Shown one piece after another: positions 49,145-58,276 of a DNA stretch of 64,000 bases. The stretch covers positions 38,980 to 102,979 of the forward strand of contig JBFWWT010000002.1 in the NCBI GenBank assembly GCA_050246035.1. The letters are read 5' to 3'. Position numbers and translations under genes: made by a program. Source of the DNA: Burkholderiales bacterium (lineage in GTDB: Bacteria > Pseudomonadota > Gammaproteobacteria > Burkholderiales > SG8-39). The notes beneath the pieces are model-generated. The model worked only from the letters and a program-made list of their open reading frames with translations, was not told the DNA's origin and made no database searches. The stretch's first letter is position 1; each line of letters opens with the position of its first letter.

Positions 49145-50450
49145 CGCGCTCGCCGCCGTGGCGCTGGCGGCCTACGCGGGCGCCTTCGCCGGTCGCTTTC
49201 AGTTCGACGACTTCAACGTCATCGTCCACCAGGAGGCGGTGCACTCGCTCGGCGCGTGGTGGGACTCGATGCCGGGAATCCGGCCGCTGCTCAAGCTCTC
49301 CTACGCGCTGTCCTGGATCGCGGGCGGCGGCGGCGAGACCGCGTTCCACCTCGTCAACGTCGCGCTGCACATGGGCAACGGGCTCCTCGTCTGGGCGATC
49401 CTGCGCGCGCTCTTCGAGCGCATGGGCGTCGGCGGCGACGGCTTTGCCGCGTTCGCCGGGGCGCTCCTCTTCGTGCTGCACCCGGCGCACACCGAGGCGG
49501 TGACCTACCTCTCCGGCCGCTCGGTGTCGCTGATGGCGCTGTGCTACCTCGGCGCGGTGCTCGCGCACCTGCGCGAGTCGCCGCGCTGGGTCTCGCTGCT
49601 GCTCTTCGCGCTCGCGCTCGGGGTGAAGGAGGTGGCGGTGACGCTGCCCGCGGCGCTCGTGCTGTGCGAGGTGCTCGACCTGCGCCGCCCGTTCCGCTGG
49701 CGAGAGGCGCTCGCGCGCACCTGGCCCCATTGGGCCTTGCTGCTCGCAGGGATCGCCCTCATGGCCGCGCTACCGCGTTACCGCGAGATGCTGGCGACGA
49801 GCCTCGCGCTGCGCGCGCCGCCCGAGCAGCTCGGACTGCAGCTCGGCGCGCTCGCGCGCCACGTGGGCGTCCTGATCCTCGCCGTGCCGCCGAACATCGA
49901 TCCTCAGGTGCCGTCGCTGCCCGCCGGCACGGCCTTTGCGGTGCTCGCCGCCGCCGGTGTCGGCCTTGCGCTGATACGCGCGCAGCCGTGGGTCGCGCTC
50001 GCGCTGCTGTGGTTCCTGCTGCACCTCGCGCCGACCAACTCGTTCCTGCCGCGGCTCGACGCGGCGAACGACCGCCAGCTTTACCTCGCCTCGATCGGGC
50101 CGCTCGCGCTCGCGGGCTTCGCCCTGTCGCTCCTGCCGCGCGGGCGGCTCCCTGGCACGGGCCTGCTGGCGCTCGCGCTTGCCGCCGGCACGGTCCTGCG
50201 CAACCAGGACTACCGCTCGGAGGTCGCGCTGTGGAGCGACACGGTGCGCCACTCGCCGGAGCGCGCGCGCGCCTGGAACAACCTGGGCTATGCGCTGCAG
50301 CTCGAGGGGAAGGGGCAGCAGGCCTGCGCCGCCTACGCGCGGGCGCTGGCGCTCGATGCGGAGCAGGTGCGCGCGCGCGTGAACGCGGTCGAGCTCAGAT
50401 GTAGCCCGGCCCCTCGATCGGCGGGTGCTGCGCCAGGAACGCCTCGTTGA
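49113..50450 (+). CDS. Polytopic membrane protein with a C-terminal TPR repeat (PMT/ArnT-like glycosyltransferase-fold candidate)
   Basis: 445 aa. N-terminal FDDFNVI motif, about 9 hydrophobic helices, C-terminal TPR-like AWNNLGYALQLEGKGQQACAAYARALALD. Confidence 0.65.
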   Translation: MPSWNGRWRASALAAVALAAYAGAFAGRFQFDDFNVIVHQEAVHSLGAWWDSMPGIRPLLKLSYALSWIAGGGGETAFHLVNVALHMGNGLLVWAILRALFERMGVGGDGFAAFAGALLFVLHPAHTEAVTYLSGRSVSLMALCYLGAVLAHLRESPRWVSLLLFALALGVKEVAVTLPAALVLCEVLDLRRPFRWREALARTWPHWALLLAGIALMAALPRYREMLATSLALRAPPEQLGLQLGALARHVGVLILAVPPNIDPQVPSLPAGTAFAVLAAAGVGLALIRAQPWVALALLWFLLHLAPTNSFLPRLDAANDRQLYLASIGPLALAGFALSLLPRGRLPGTGLLALALAAGTVLRNQDYRSEVALWSDTVRHSPERARAWNNLGYALQLEGKGQQACAAYARALALDAEQVRARVNAVELRCSPAPRSAGAAPGTPR

Positions 50451-51546
50451 CCTCCACCCCGAGCCCCGGCTTGTCCGCGGGCCAGACGTGGCCGTCCTTG
50501 TCCACCTGCCCGGGGTTCGGCACCAGCTCATCGCGGAACAGGTTCGACTTCGACACGTCGCCCTCGAAATAGCCGCCGTTGTCGATCGCGCAGAGGAAGT
50601 GGATGGTGGCGGCGTGGTTCAGGCCCGTCATCGAGCTGTGCGGGTGGATCGGCAGCTTCCACGCCGAGGCGATCGCGGCGATGCGCAGCGCCTCGGTGAT
50701 GCCGCCGGTCTTCGACAGGTCCGGCTGCAGGATGGAGATCGCGCCGTCCTCGATCACGCGGTTGAACTCGTATCGCGTGTAGTGGTTCTCGCCCGCGGCG
50801 AGCGGCGTGCGGCCGAAAGTCCTGGCGAGCGCGTAGCTGCGATGGTCGTGCGCGGGGAAGGGCTCCTCCAGCCAGCCGACGTTCAGCTCGTCCATGCCCG
50901 GCATCACGCGGCGCACGTCCTCCACGCGGTAGCCGATGTTCGCGTCGGTGAGGATGACGAGATCGTCGCCGCAGGCCTTGCGCACGGCGGCGATGCGCTC
51001 GAGGTCGCGTTTCACGGAATCGCCGACGCGCAGCTTCACCGCCTGGTAGCCCGCCTCCAGGCTCTTCCTCAGCTCCTCGAGCAGCTGCGCGGGCGGCTGG
51101 TAGCCGAGCGACACGCCGCCGGCGTAGGCGGGAACGCCTTTCCGGGCCCCGCCCAGCAGCTTGTAGAGCGGCACGCCGAGCGCCTTGCCGCGGATGTCCC
51201 ACAGCGCCATGTCGATGCCGCTCATCGCGAGGCAGGCGCCCGCGCCCATGCCGTGGCTCGCGAGCTGCTTGTCGTAGATGCGCTTCCAGACGCCGACGAC
51301 GTCGGAGGCGTCCATGCCGACGATCAGCGTCTTCAGCGTGGTCTCGATGAGCTTCGCGACCGCCGTGTGCGCTCGCCCGTGGTGCGACTCGCCCCAGCCG
51401 ACCAGGCCGCCCGCAGTAGTCACCTTGACCACCACCGCGTCGCGCTTGATCGCGGTGCCGATGCCGAGCGAGACGCGGTGCGCGGGGGGGACGGGGAAGG
51501 AGGTCGGAAACGCCTTGATCTCAGCGATCTTCAGGTCGGCGGACAT
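50395..51546 (-). CDS. Mandelate racemase/muconate-lactonizing enzyme (enolase superfamily) protein
   Basis: 383 aa. Capping and barrel domain pattern (GWGESHH, ALWDIRGKALGVPLYKLLGG, DANIGY, LEEPF). Confidence 0.9.
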   Translation of the reverse strand: MSADLKIAEIKAFPTSFPVPPAHRVSLGIGTAIKRDAVVVKVTTAGGLVGWGESHHGRAHTAVAKLIETTLKTLIVGMDASDVVGVWKRIYDKQLASHGMGAGACLAMSGIDMALWDIRGKALGVPLYKLLGGARKGVPAYAGGVSLGYQPPAQLLEELRKSLEAGYQAVKLRVGDSVKRDLERIAAVRKACGDDLVILTDANIGYRVEDVRRVMPGMDELNVGWLEEPFPAHDHRSYALARTFGRTPLAAGENHYTRYEFNRVIEDGAISILQPDLSKTGGITEALRIAAIASAWKLPIHPHSSMTGLNHAATIHFLCAIDNGGYFEGDVSKSNLFRDELVPNPGQVDKDGHVWPADKPGLGVEVNEAFLAQHPPIEGPGYI

Positions 51547-52495
51547 CCCAGGCCTCCGGGTTGACGAGCGTCTCGGGCTTCTCGCCCGCCAGCATGCCCA
51601 GCGTCAGCTCGGCCGCGCGCACGCTCGAGCGCGCGCGCGACTCGTGCGTGCTGCCCGCGAGATGCGGCGTGAGGATGACGTTGTTCAGCGCGAAAAGCGG
51701 GTGCCCGGCCTGGATGCGGTAATGCTCGTAGACGTCGAGCATGGCGCCGGCGATGCGCCGCTCGTGCAGCGCGTCGATGAGCGCCGCCTCGTCCACGACC
51801 GGCCCGCGGCCGACGTTGATCAGCCAGGCCGTGCGCTTCATGGCCGCGAGCCGCGGGGCGCCGAAGAGGTGGTGCGTATCCGCGTTGAGGGGGCAGGCGA
51901 GCACCACGAAGTCGGACTGCGCGACGAGGTGGTCGAGGTCCGCGGGCTCGGCCTCGGGCGGCAGGCGCTCGAGCCGCCGCTGGTGGCCGAGCACGCGCAT
52001 GCCGAAGCCGTGCCGGCAGATGGCCGCGACCCGCCGGCCGATCTCGCCGACGCCTACGATACCCGCGGTCATGCCGGCGATCTCGTGCGCGGGCATGGCG
52101 AGCGCGCGCGCTTCGTCCCAGGGCCTGTCGCGCATGGCCGAGGTGATGGCCATCACGTTGCGCGCGAGCATGAGCATCGCCATCGCGCAGTACTCGGCGA
52201 CCGACTGCGCGTTCTCGCCCGGGAGATTGGCGACCGGCACGCCGCGCGCGGTGGCTTCGGCGAGCGGCACGAGGTCGATACCGGTGCCGTGGATGGTGAC
52301 GGCGCGCAGCCCCGGGGCCGCCGCGAAGATGTCGTCGGGAAGCTTGGAGCGGATGATGACGGCGTCGGCCTCGGCCGCGAGCCGCTTCACCGTGCCCGCG
52401 TTGCCGTCCGGCGCCCGCACGACCTCGGCGCCGCGGCTGCGCAGCAGCTCTTCGCCCGAGGCGTCGATCGGGTCGGTGAGAAGCACGCGCGTCAT
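51521..52495 (-). CDS. D-2-hydroxyacid dehydrogenase family protein (NAD-binding)
   Basis: 324 aa. GxGxxG motif in GIVGVGEIGRRV. Also INVGRGPVVDE and TPHLAGST. Confidence 0.9.
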   Translation of the reverse strand: MTRVLLTDPIDASGEELLRSRGAEVVRAPDGNAGTVKRLAAEADAVIIRSKLPDDIFAAAPGLRAVTIHGTGIDLVPLAEATARGVPVANLPGENAQSVAEYCAMAMLMLARNVMAITSAMRDRPWDEARALAMPAHEIAGMTAGIVGVGEIGRRVAAICRHGFGMRVLGHQRRLERLPPEAEPADLDHLVAQSDFVVLACPLNADTHHLFGAPRLAAMKRTAWLINVGRGPVVDEAALIDALHERRIAGAMLDVYEHYRIQAGHPLFALNNVILTPHLAGSTHESRARSSVRAAELTLGMLAGEKPETLVNPEAWDVRRPEDR

Positions 52496-54081
52496 GCGAG
52501 CAGCGCGTCGGCGAAGGCGTCGTCCGCCGGGGCGAGCGGATCGCGCGGCTCGAGCCGGTGCCGGCGCACGAGCCGCGCGAGCAGGGCGCGGCGCGGCAGC
52601 GTCCTGCCTTCACGCTCGAGGATCGCGGCGGCGCAGGCGTAGTAGAGGGCGGTGGCGGCCTGGCGCGCGTGGGCTTCGTCGGCCGAGCGCGCGAACTCCG
52701 CCGCCTTGCCGAGGTCGAGCTCGATCGCCTCGAGCGCCCTTTCCTTGCGGATGGCGCGCAGGACGTCCAGCGCGACGATGTTCGAGGTGCCCTCCCAGAT
52801 CGAGCCGAGGTGCGCATCGCGCAGCAGGCGGGCGTCGGACCACTCCTCGGTGTAGCCGACGCCGCCGCGCACCTCCATCGCGTCGCCGGTCACCCGGCGC
52901 GCGTCGCGACAGGCGCGGAACTTCAGGAGCGGCGTGAGCAGCCGCACGCGCCGGCGCGCCTCGTCGTCGCCCGCGTCGGCCTTGGCGAGCTCCACGGCGG
53001 TGTAGAGCATCACCGAGCGCGCGGCCTCCGCGGGCACCGCGAGCTTGAGGAGCTGCCGGCGCATGAGCGGGAACTCGACGAGCCGCTTGCCGAAGGCGAC
53101 GCGCCGGTGCGCTACGAACAGCGCTTCCGTCAACGCGCGCCGCATCATGCCGGCGGCGCGCATGCCGTTCGACAGTCGCGACATGTTGATCATGTCGGCC
53201 ATCTGCACGAAGCCGCGCTGCGGGTCGCCCACGAGATACGCGAGCGCGCCTTCCAGCCGGATCTCGCCGCTCGGCATGTCGCGCGTGCCCAGCTTGTCCT
53301 TCAGGCGAACGATGCGGTAGCTGTTCAGCGCACCGTCGGGCAGCACGCGCGGCAGCAGGAAGAGCGACAGCCCTTTCGTGCCCGCGGGCGCGTCGTCGGG
53401 GCGTGCGAGCACGAGGGCGAGCGCGGCGTCGGCGTTCGAGCAGAACCACTTGTCGCCGTAGAGCCGCCAGGCGCCGTCCTCCTGCACCGCGCGCGTGGCG
53501 GTCGCGCCGACGTCCGAGCCCGCGCCCTGCTCGGTCATGAACATCGCGCCTTGCGCGAGCGCGTCGAGGTCCTGCTCGGTCAGGCCCGGCAGGTAGCGCG
53601 CGACGAGCTCCGGGTCGCCGAACTTCCTGAGCGTTCTCGCGAGCGCGTCGGTCATCGAGAGCGGGCAGCAGACGCCGAACTCGGCCTGCACGTACAGGTA
53701 GGTGAGAGCGTACTTGGCGACCGCCGGCAGGGGCTCGGCCCAGCCGAGCACGCCGCCGCGATGCGACATCGCCGCGAGCCCGTACTCGGAGAACGCGACT
53801 TCCTCCAGGCGCCGGTAGGACGGATGCTTTTCGATCCACTGCCGGTCCTCTCCGGTGCGCGCGCGATGGTGCAGCGCCGGCGGGTTGCGGTCGGCGGTCG
53901 CGGCGAGCCGGTCGAGCTCGCCGCCGGCGAGCGCGCCGAGCCGCTCGAAGTGCGGCAGCAGGTGATCGAGCAGCGGCGCCTCCATGTACAGGCGCAGCAG
54001 GTCGGCGAAGTCCGGGTCCGCGAGGAACAGGTTCGTGCCGCGGCTGTCGGGCAGCGCGGCGGCGGCCATGGAAGCGTTCAT
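52492..54081 (-). CDS. AidB-like acyl-CoA dehydrogenase family protein
   Basis: Start at MNASMAAAALPDSRGTNLF (an alternative ATG at 54069 is possible). Long ACAD with an N-terminal extension (FMTEQGAGSD, GDKWFCSN), as in AidB-type enzymes. Confidence 0.85.
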   Translation of the reverse strand: MNASMAAAALPDSRGTNLFLADPDFADLLRLYMEAPLLDHLLPHFERLGALAGGELDRLAATADRNPPALHHRARTGEDRQWIEKHPSYRRLEEVAFSEYGLAAMSHRGGVLGWAEPLPAVAKYALTYLYVQAEFGVCCPLSMTDALARTLRKFGDPELVARYLPGLTEQDLDALAQGAMFMTEQGAGSDVGATATRAVQEDGAWRLYGDKWFCSNADAALALVLARPDDAPAGTKGLSLFLLPRVLPDGALNSYRIVRLKDKLGTRDMPSGEIRLEGALAYLVGDPQRGFVQMADMINMSRLSNGMRAAGMMRRALTEALFVAHRRVAFGKRLVEFPLMRRQLLKLAVPAEAARSVMLYTAVELAKADAGDDEARRRVRLLTPLLKFRACRDARRVTGDAMEVRGGVGYTEEWSDARLLRDAHLGSIWEGTSNIVALDVLRAIRKERALEAIELDLGKAAEFARSADEAHARQAATALYYACAAAILEREGRTLPRRALLARLVRRHRLEPRDPLAPADDAFADALLA

Positions 54082-54153
54082 GAGCACTGCCGGATATTGT
54101 CGCCTCTTTTGCCGGCCTTGACCCGGAGGGCGGGCCCTCGGCAAGATGCGCTC

Positions 54154-54417
54154 ATGCGCATCGCCGCCTGCTGTTTCGCAGCTCTTGCCACCACCGCCCT
54201 CGCGCCCGCCAAGGCAGCCGACGACGCGAAGCTCTTCGAGGCGCGCTGCGGGAAGTGCCACACCGTGGAGAAGCTCGCGCCGGGGCTCGCGAAGCGCGCG
54301 GCCGCGGCGCGCGAGCGCCACCTGGAGCGGTTCCTGCAGCGGCATTACGCGCCCGACGCGGCGGAGCGCAAGCGCCTCGCCGCCTGGCTGGGCGCGCAGG
54401 CCGACGCGAAGCGCTAG
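54154..54417 (+). CDS. Small secreted protein with a single CXXCH heme c-binding motif (87 aa)
   Basis: Signal peptide MRIAACCFAALATTALAPAKA, then FEARCGKCHT. Possible promoter upstream (TTGACC 54118-54123, about 18 nt, CAAGAT 54142-54147). It occupies the end of a longer spurious ORF (52558..54417). Confidence 0.55.
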   Translation: MRIAACCFAALATTALAPAKAADDAKLFEARCGKCHTVEKLAPGLAKRAAAARERHLERFLQRHYAPDAAERKRLAAWLGAQADAKR

Positions 54418-54421
54418 CGGC

Positions 54422-55738
54422 TCAGTCGTATTCGAAGCGCTCGAACACGATCTGCCGGGAAGGCATGCCCGCCTCGCGCAGGTGCCGCGCGCAGGCGAGC
54501 ATCATCGGCGTCGGCCCGCAGAGGAACGCGAGGCACCGGGCCGGATCGCCGCGGATCGCACCGCGCAGCGCCTCGGCGGTGAGCGCGCCCACGCTTCCCG
54601 CCCAGCCCGCGGAGGGCTCGTCCACGAAGAAGCTCGCGCGCAGGTCGAGCGCCGCCGCCATGGCGCGGATCTCGTCGGCGTGCACGAGCTGGCGCTCGTC
54701 GCGCGCGCCGTAGACCAGGCTCACGGGGCGCGGGTCGCGCCGCGCGTGGAGGTGGCGCAGCAGGCCCATCACCGGTGCGATGCCGATGCCGCCCGCGATG
54801 AGCGCGATGGTCTCGCCCTGCCGGCCGCGCAGGGAGAAGTTGCCGTGCGGCGCATCGAGATACGCGCGCGCCCCGGGGGCAAGTTCATCGAGCGCGCCGC
54901 TGAAATCGCCGCGCGCCTTGATGAGCAGGCGCACCTGCGGCGCGGACTCGGGCGCCGAGCTGAGGGAGAACGGGTGGTCGAGAAATGTGAGCGGCGGCTG
55001 CCCGAGGAGCACCCAGGCGAACTGGCCCGCGTCGTAGCGCAGTGCCCGGCCCGACGCCGGCTCGAGCACGATCTCGCGGATGCCGCGGCCGATCTCCTCG
55101 TTCGACACGACGCGGTGCGCGCCGCGCATCAGCACGAAGGGCTTGACCAGCCACAGGTAGGCCCAGAGGGCGAGCGCGAAGGCGGCGAGCGCCCACCAGT
55201 AGCGCGACAGCCAGGGCGCGCCGCTGTAGAACCCGGTCGCGAGCGCGTGGTGCGCGCCGCCGATGGCCACGAGCAGCGCGGCGAGCGAGTGGCTGGCGCG
55301 CCACCACTCGTATTTGAGACCGAGCCGATTGCGCAGCACCGCGAAGCCGACCAGCGCGAGCAGCAGCACCCAGGCGAGGACGCCCGAGAGCAGGTGCGGC
55401 GCGCTGAACAGGCGCGCGGCGCGCGCCGGCAGCTCGCGCCAGCCATCGGGATCGAGCGGCAGGAGAAAGAGCAGGGGGTGCAGCAGCACGAGCACCGTCA
55501 GCGCGCGCGCGGCGAGCTGGTGAAAGCGCATCGTGTGGTCGATGCCGGCGCGCCCCGAGAGCCACTCGTAGCGCCCGGACGAGATGAACTGCAGCAGGAG
55601 CATCGCGAGCGCGACGAGCCCGGTGGCCGCCGCGAGCTCGCGCACCAGACCGCTGCCGCTCAGGCCCTCCAGCGCGCCGATGACCAGCGGCAGGAGCGCG
55701 AGGATCGCGTAAGCCGCGATCAGGGCGGGAAGCGGCAT
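54422..55738 (-). CDS. Ferric-reductase-like transmembrane domain fused to an FAD/NAD(P)-binding oxidoreductase domain (bacterial NOX/FRE-like)
   Basis: 438 aa. Six TM helices with conserved His residues, an FAD motif HPFSLSS, NAD motifs GGIGIAPV and LCGP. Confidence 0.8.
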   Translation of the reverse strand: MPLPALIAAYAILALLPLVIGALEGLSGSGLVRELAAATGLVALAMLLLQFISSGRYEWLSGRAGIDHTMRFHQLAARALTVLVLLHPLLFLLPLDPDGWRELPARAARLFSAPHLLSGVLAWVLLLALVGFAVLRNRLGLKYEWWRASHSLAALLVAIGGAHHALATGFYSGAPWLSRYWWALAAFALALWAYLWLVKPFVLMRGAHRVVSNEEIGRGIREIVLEPASGRALRYDAGQFAWVLLGQPPLTFLDHPFSLSSAPESAPQVRLLIKARGDFSGALDELAPGARAYLDAPHGNFSLRGRQGETIALIAGGIGIAPVMGLLRHLHARRDPRPVSLVYGARDERQLVHADEIRAMAAALDLRASFFVDEPSAGWAGSVGALTAEALRGAIRGDPARCLAFLCGPTPMMLACARHLREAGMPSRQIVFERFEYD

Positions 55739-56518
55739 CTACTCCCGGAACGACGGATCGCGCCGGTCGAGCATCCTGAGCAGCGCGGGCCACTCGAGCT
55801 CGGTGATCTTGCGCCGCTTGCCCGGCGCGTAGCGCTCGTTGGTCACGCGGACGACGTCCGGCGACGGGTGGTTGAGCTCGGCGTTGCAGGCCATCGCCAT
55901 CACCTGCGCCTGGCAGGCGCGCTCCAGCCAATGCAGCACGACGAAGGCCTCGCACACGGTGCGACCGGCCGTGAGCAGGCCGTGGTTGCGCAGGATCATC
56001 GCGGCGGCCGAGCCGAGATCCTTCACCAGGCGCCGCTGCTCGTCGAGGTCGATCGCCGGGCCTTCGTAGTCGTGATAGGCGATCTCGCCGAAGAACATGG
56101 CGTTCTGCGTGAGCGGCAGCAGCCCGCACTTCAGGGCCGACACGGCCATGCCGGCGGGCGAGTGCGTGTGGATCACGCAGCCCACGTCCTCGCGGCCGCG
56201 GTGGATGGCGCTGTGGATGACGAAGCCCGCCTGGTTGATGCCGTAGCCGGTTCCCGAATCGAGCACCACGTTGCCGTCGAAGTCGATCTTGACGAGGCTC
56301 GAGGCGGTGACTTCCTCGTAGGCGTAGCCGTAGGCATTGATGAGGAAATGGCCTTCCTCGCCCGGCACGCGCGCGGTGGCGTGATTGTAGACGAGGTCGT
56401 TCATGCCGAAGTGCGCGATCAGGCGGTAGCAGGCGGCGAGATCGACGCGCGCCTGCCATTCCTCCGCGCTCACCTGGCTGCGCAGCGACGGGATGCTCAC
56501 GTGCGAGAGATCGGTCAT
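55739..56518 (-). CDS. Class II aldolase/adducin-domain protein
   Basis: Start at MTDLSHVSIPSL. Metal-binding His context CVIHTHSPAG. About 259 aa. The stop abuts the next start with no gap. Confidence 0.85.
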   Translation of the reverse strand: MTDLSHVSIPSLRSQVSAEEWQARVDLAACYRLIAHFGMNDLVYNHATARVPGEEGHFLINAYGYAYEEVTASSLVKIDFDGNVVLDSGTGYGINQAGFVIHSAIHRGREDVGCVIHTHSPAGMAVSALKCGLLPLTQNAMFFGEIAYHDYEGPAIDLDEQRRLVKDLGSAAAMILRNHGLLTAGRTVCEAFVVLHWLERACQAQVMAMACNAELNHPSPDVVRVTNERYAPGKRRKITELEWPALLRMLDRRDPSFRE

Positions 56519-57669
56519 AGCGTGTCCTTCGTTCCGAGTAGCGCGGTGATCTGGCTGGAAAGTACGCCTCCGTTGCCGTGCGCGAGGGCGACCGCGGCGT
56601 CCTTCACCTGGCGCGCCCCGCATTCGCCCCGCAATTGTCGCACCGCTTCGACGACGAGGAAGATGCCGTACATGCCCGGATGCACGCAGGAGAGCCCCCC
56701 GCCGTTCGTGTTCACGGGCAGGCCGCCGCCCGGCGCGATGCGCCCGCCGGCGACGAAGCCGCCGCCTTCGCCCTTCTCGCAGAAGCCGAGGTCCTCGAGA
56801 AAGAGCAGCGTGTTGATGGTGAAGGCGTCGTAGAGCTCCAGCACGTCCACGTCGGCGGGGCCGAGGCCGGCCATCTCGTAGGCGCGCCGGCCGGATTCGG
56901 TCGCCGCGGTCACGGTGAGGTCGGGCATCGAGGAGATCTGCCGGTGCCAGTGTGCTGCGCCCGCGCCGAGGAGGTAGACGGGCGCCTTGCGGAATTCCTG
57001 CGCGCGCTCGGCGCGCGTCAGCACGTAGGCGCCGCCGCCGTCGGTGACCAGGCAGCAGTCGCGCACGGTGAGGGGGTCGCTCACCATGCGCGAGCCGAGC
57101 ACCTCGTCCACCGTGAGCGGCTCGCGCGCGAAGGCCTCGGGGTTGAGGCTCGCCCACTGGCGCGCGGCCACCGCGATCGCCGCGAGCTGCTCGCGCTTCG
57201 TGCCGTACTGGTGCATGTGGCGCGCGGCGGCGAGCGCGTAGGAGGTGGGGGGATTGAACGGCTTGTAAGGATGCTCGAAAGGCTGCGGGTCGAGCGCCAT
57301 CTTGTAGCGGCCGGCCTCCGCCCGGCCCACGCCCGTCCTCTGGTTCGAGCCGTAGGCGACGAGCACCGTGTCGCACAAGCCCGCGTTCAGCGCGAGCGCG
57401 GCGGGAATCAGATGGCCCACGAAGGAGGAGCCGCCCACCATCGTGGACTCGGTGAACTTCGGCTGCAGCCCCAGGTGCTCGGCGAGCGCCAGCCCCGACA
57501 TGAAGATGTTGGTGCTGGCGACGACCACGCCGTCGACGTCGCGCAGGCTCAGGCCGGCATCGGCGAGCGCGTTCTTCGCCGCGGCCGCCGCGATCTCCAT
57601 CTCGCTCCAGCCCGGTGCCTCGCCGCAGCCGGCGAGCCCCACGCCCGCGATCGCGACCGAGCCCCTCAT
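56515..57669 (-). CDS. Thiolase-fold protein of the SCP-x/lipid-transfer type (DUF35 partner)
   Basis: Start at MRGSVAIAGVGLAG. C-terminus ...NTNGGGLSCVHPGMYG typical of this thiolase subgroup. ATGA overlaps on both sides. Confidence 0.85.
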   Translation of the reverse strand: MRGSVAIAGVGLAGCGEAPGWSEMEIAAAAAKNALADAGLSLRDVDGVVVASTNIFMSGLALAEHLGLQPKFTESTMVGGSSFVGHLIPAALALNAGLCDTVLVAYGSNQRTGVGRAEAGRYKMALDPQPFEHPYKPFNPPTSYALAAARHMHQYGTKREQLAAIAVAARQWASLNPEAFAREPLTVDEVLGSRMVSDPLTVRDCCLVTDGGGAYVLTRAERAQEFRKAPVYLLGAGAAHWHRQISSMPDLTVTAATESGRRAYEMAGLGPADVDVLELYDAFTINTLLFLEDLGFCEKGEGGGFVAGGRIAPGGGLPVNTNGGGLSCVHPGMYGIFLVVEAVRQLRGECGARQVKDAAVALAHGNGGVLSSQITALLGTKDTL

Positions 57670-58025
57670 GCGGGCACGAACTCCACGAGGCCGTCGGCGA
57701 TGCGGGCCTTCACCGACATGCCGATGTGTACCTCCGCGGGCGGGATGCCGACAACGCGGCTCATCATGCGCACGCCCTCGTCGAGGTCCACGAGGCAGAC
57801 GTTGTAGTCGCCGCCGTCGGCGGGCTTGCGGCGCACGACCGTAGTCGAGTACACCGCGCCGCGGCCGCTCGGCGCGACCCAGTCGAGGCGGTCCGCGCCG
57901 CAGTGGGGGCAGAGGACGCGCGGGTAGAAGACGTGCCTGGCGCAGGCAGCGCACTTCTGGATCTCGAAGCGCCCTTCCTTGAGCGCATCCAGATAGCGCT
58001 TCTCAGGCCCGCAGGGTGGCGACAT
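57666..58025 (-). CDS. DUF35 family Zn-ribbon/OB-fold protein
   Basis: 119 aa. Zn ribbon CAACARHVFYPRVLCPHCG followed by an OB-fold region. Confidence 0.8.
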   Translation of the reverse strand: MSPPCGPEKRYLDALKEGRFEIQKCAACARHVFYPRVLCPHCGADRLDWVAPSGRGAVYSTTVVRRKPADGGDYNVCLVDLDEGVRMMSRVVGIPPAEVHIGMSVKARIADGLVEFVPA

Positions 58026-58224
58026 GCTGTCCTTCGGCGACCTGCTCGCCTTCGGCGACGTGCAGCGATTCGAGCGTGCCGTCGGCGGGGGCGGGCACCG
58101 GGATTTCCATCTTCATGCACTCGACGAGGAGCAGCGTATCCTCGGCGGCCACGCGGCTGCCGGCCTGCGCCTCGATGCGCACCACCTTGCCCGCCACCTC
58201 GCAGCGCACGTGAAACGTCGGCAT
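58003..58224 (-). CDS. Free-standing biotinyl/lipoyl carrier domain protein (73 aa)
   Basis: Start at MPTFHVRCEVAGKV. Biotinylation-type motif ECMKMEIPV. Overlaps the DUF35 start by 23 nt. Confidence 0.75.
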   Translation of the reverse strand: MPTFHVRCEVAGKVVRIEAQAGSRVAAEDTLLLVECMKMEIPVPAPADGTLESLHVAEGEQVAEGQHVATLRA

Positions 58225-58276
58225 GCGCGGGCGATTATGGCAGGACAGGCGTGCAACAATCGAGCCCGAACTCGAA

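Noticed and set aside
50395-50450. A 56-nt convergent overlap between the TPR membrane protein and the enolase-superfamily gene, considered as possible antisense regulation or a mis-called end.
   Set aside because: Both stops are fixed by the sequence, and the overlap only involves a low-complexity tail (..RCSPAPRSAGAAPGTPR) of the TPR protein. This is common in GC-rich genomes and there is no further evidence of function.
54146-56833. ORF 54146..56833 (plus, 895 aa), along with other long antisense ORFs in the polyene-lipid cluster (for example 5221..7353, 6828..9017, 7658..10186).
   Set aside because: They lie opposite family-recognisable genes (ferric reductase, aldolase, KS, MTase, deacetylase, MMPL). 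Their translations are low-complexity Arg/Ala/Gly/Pro strings.
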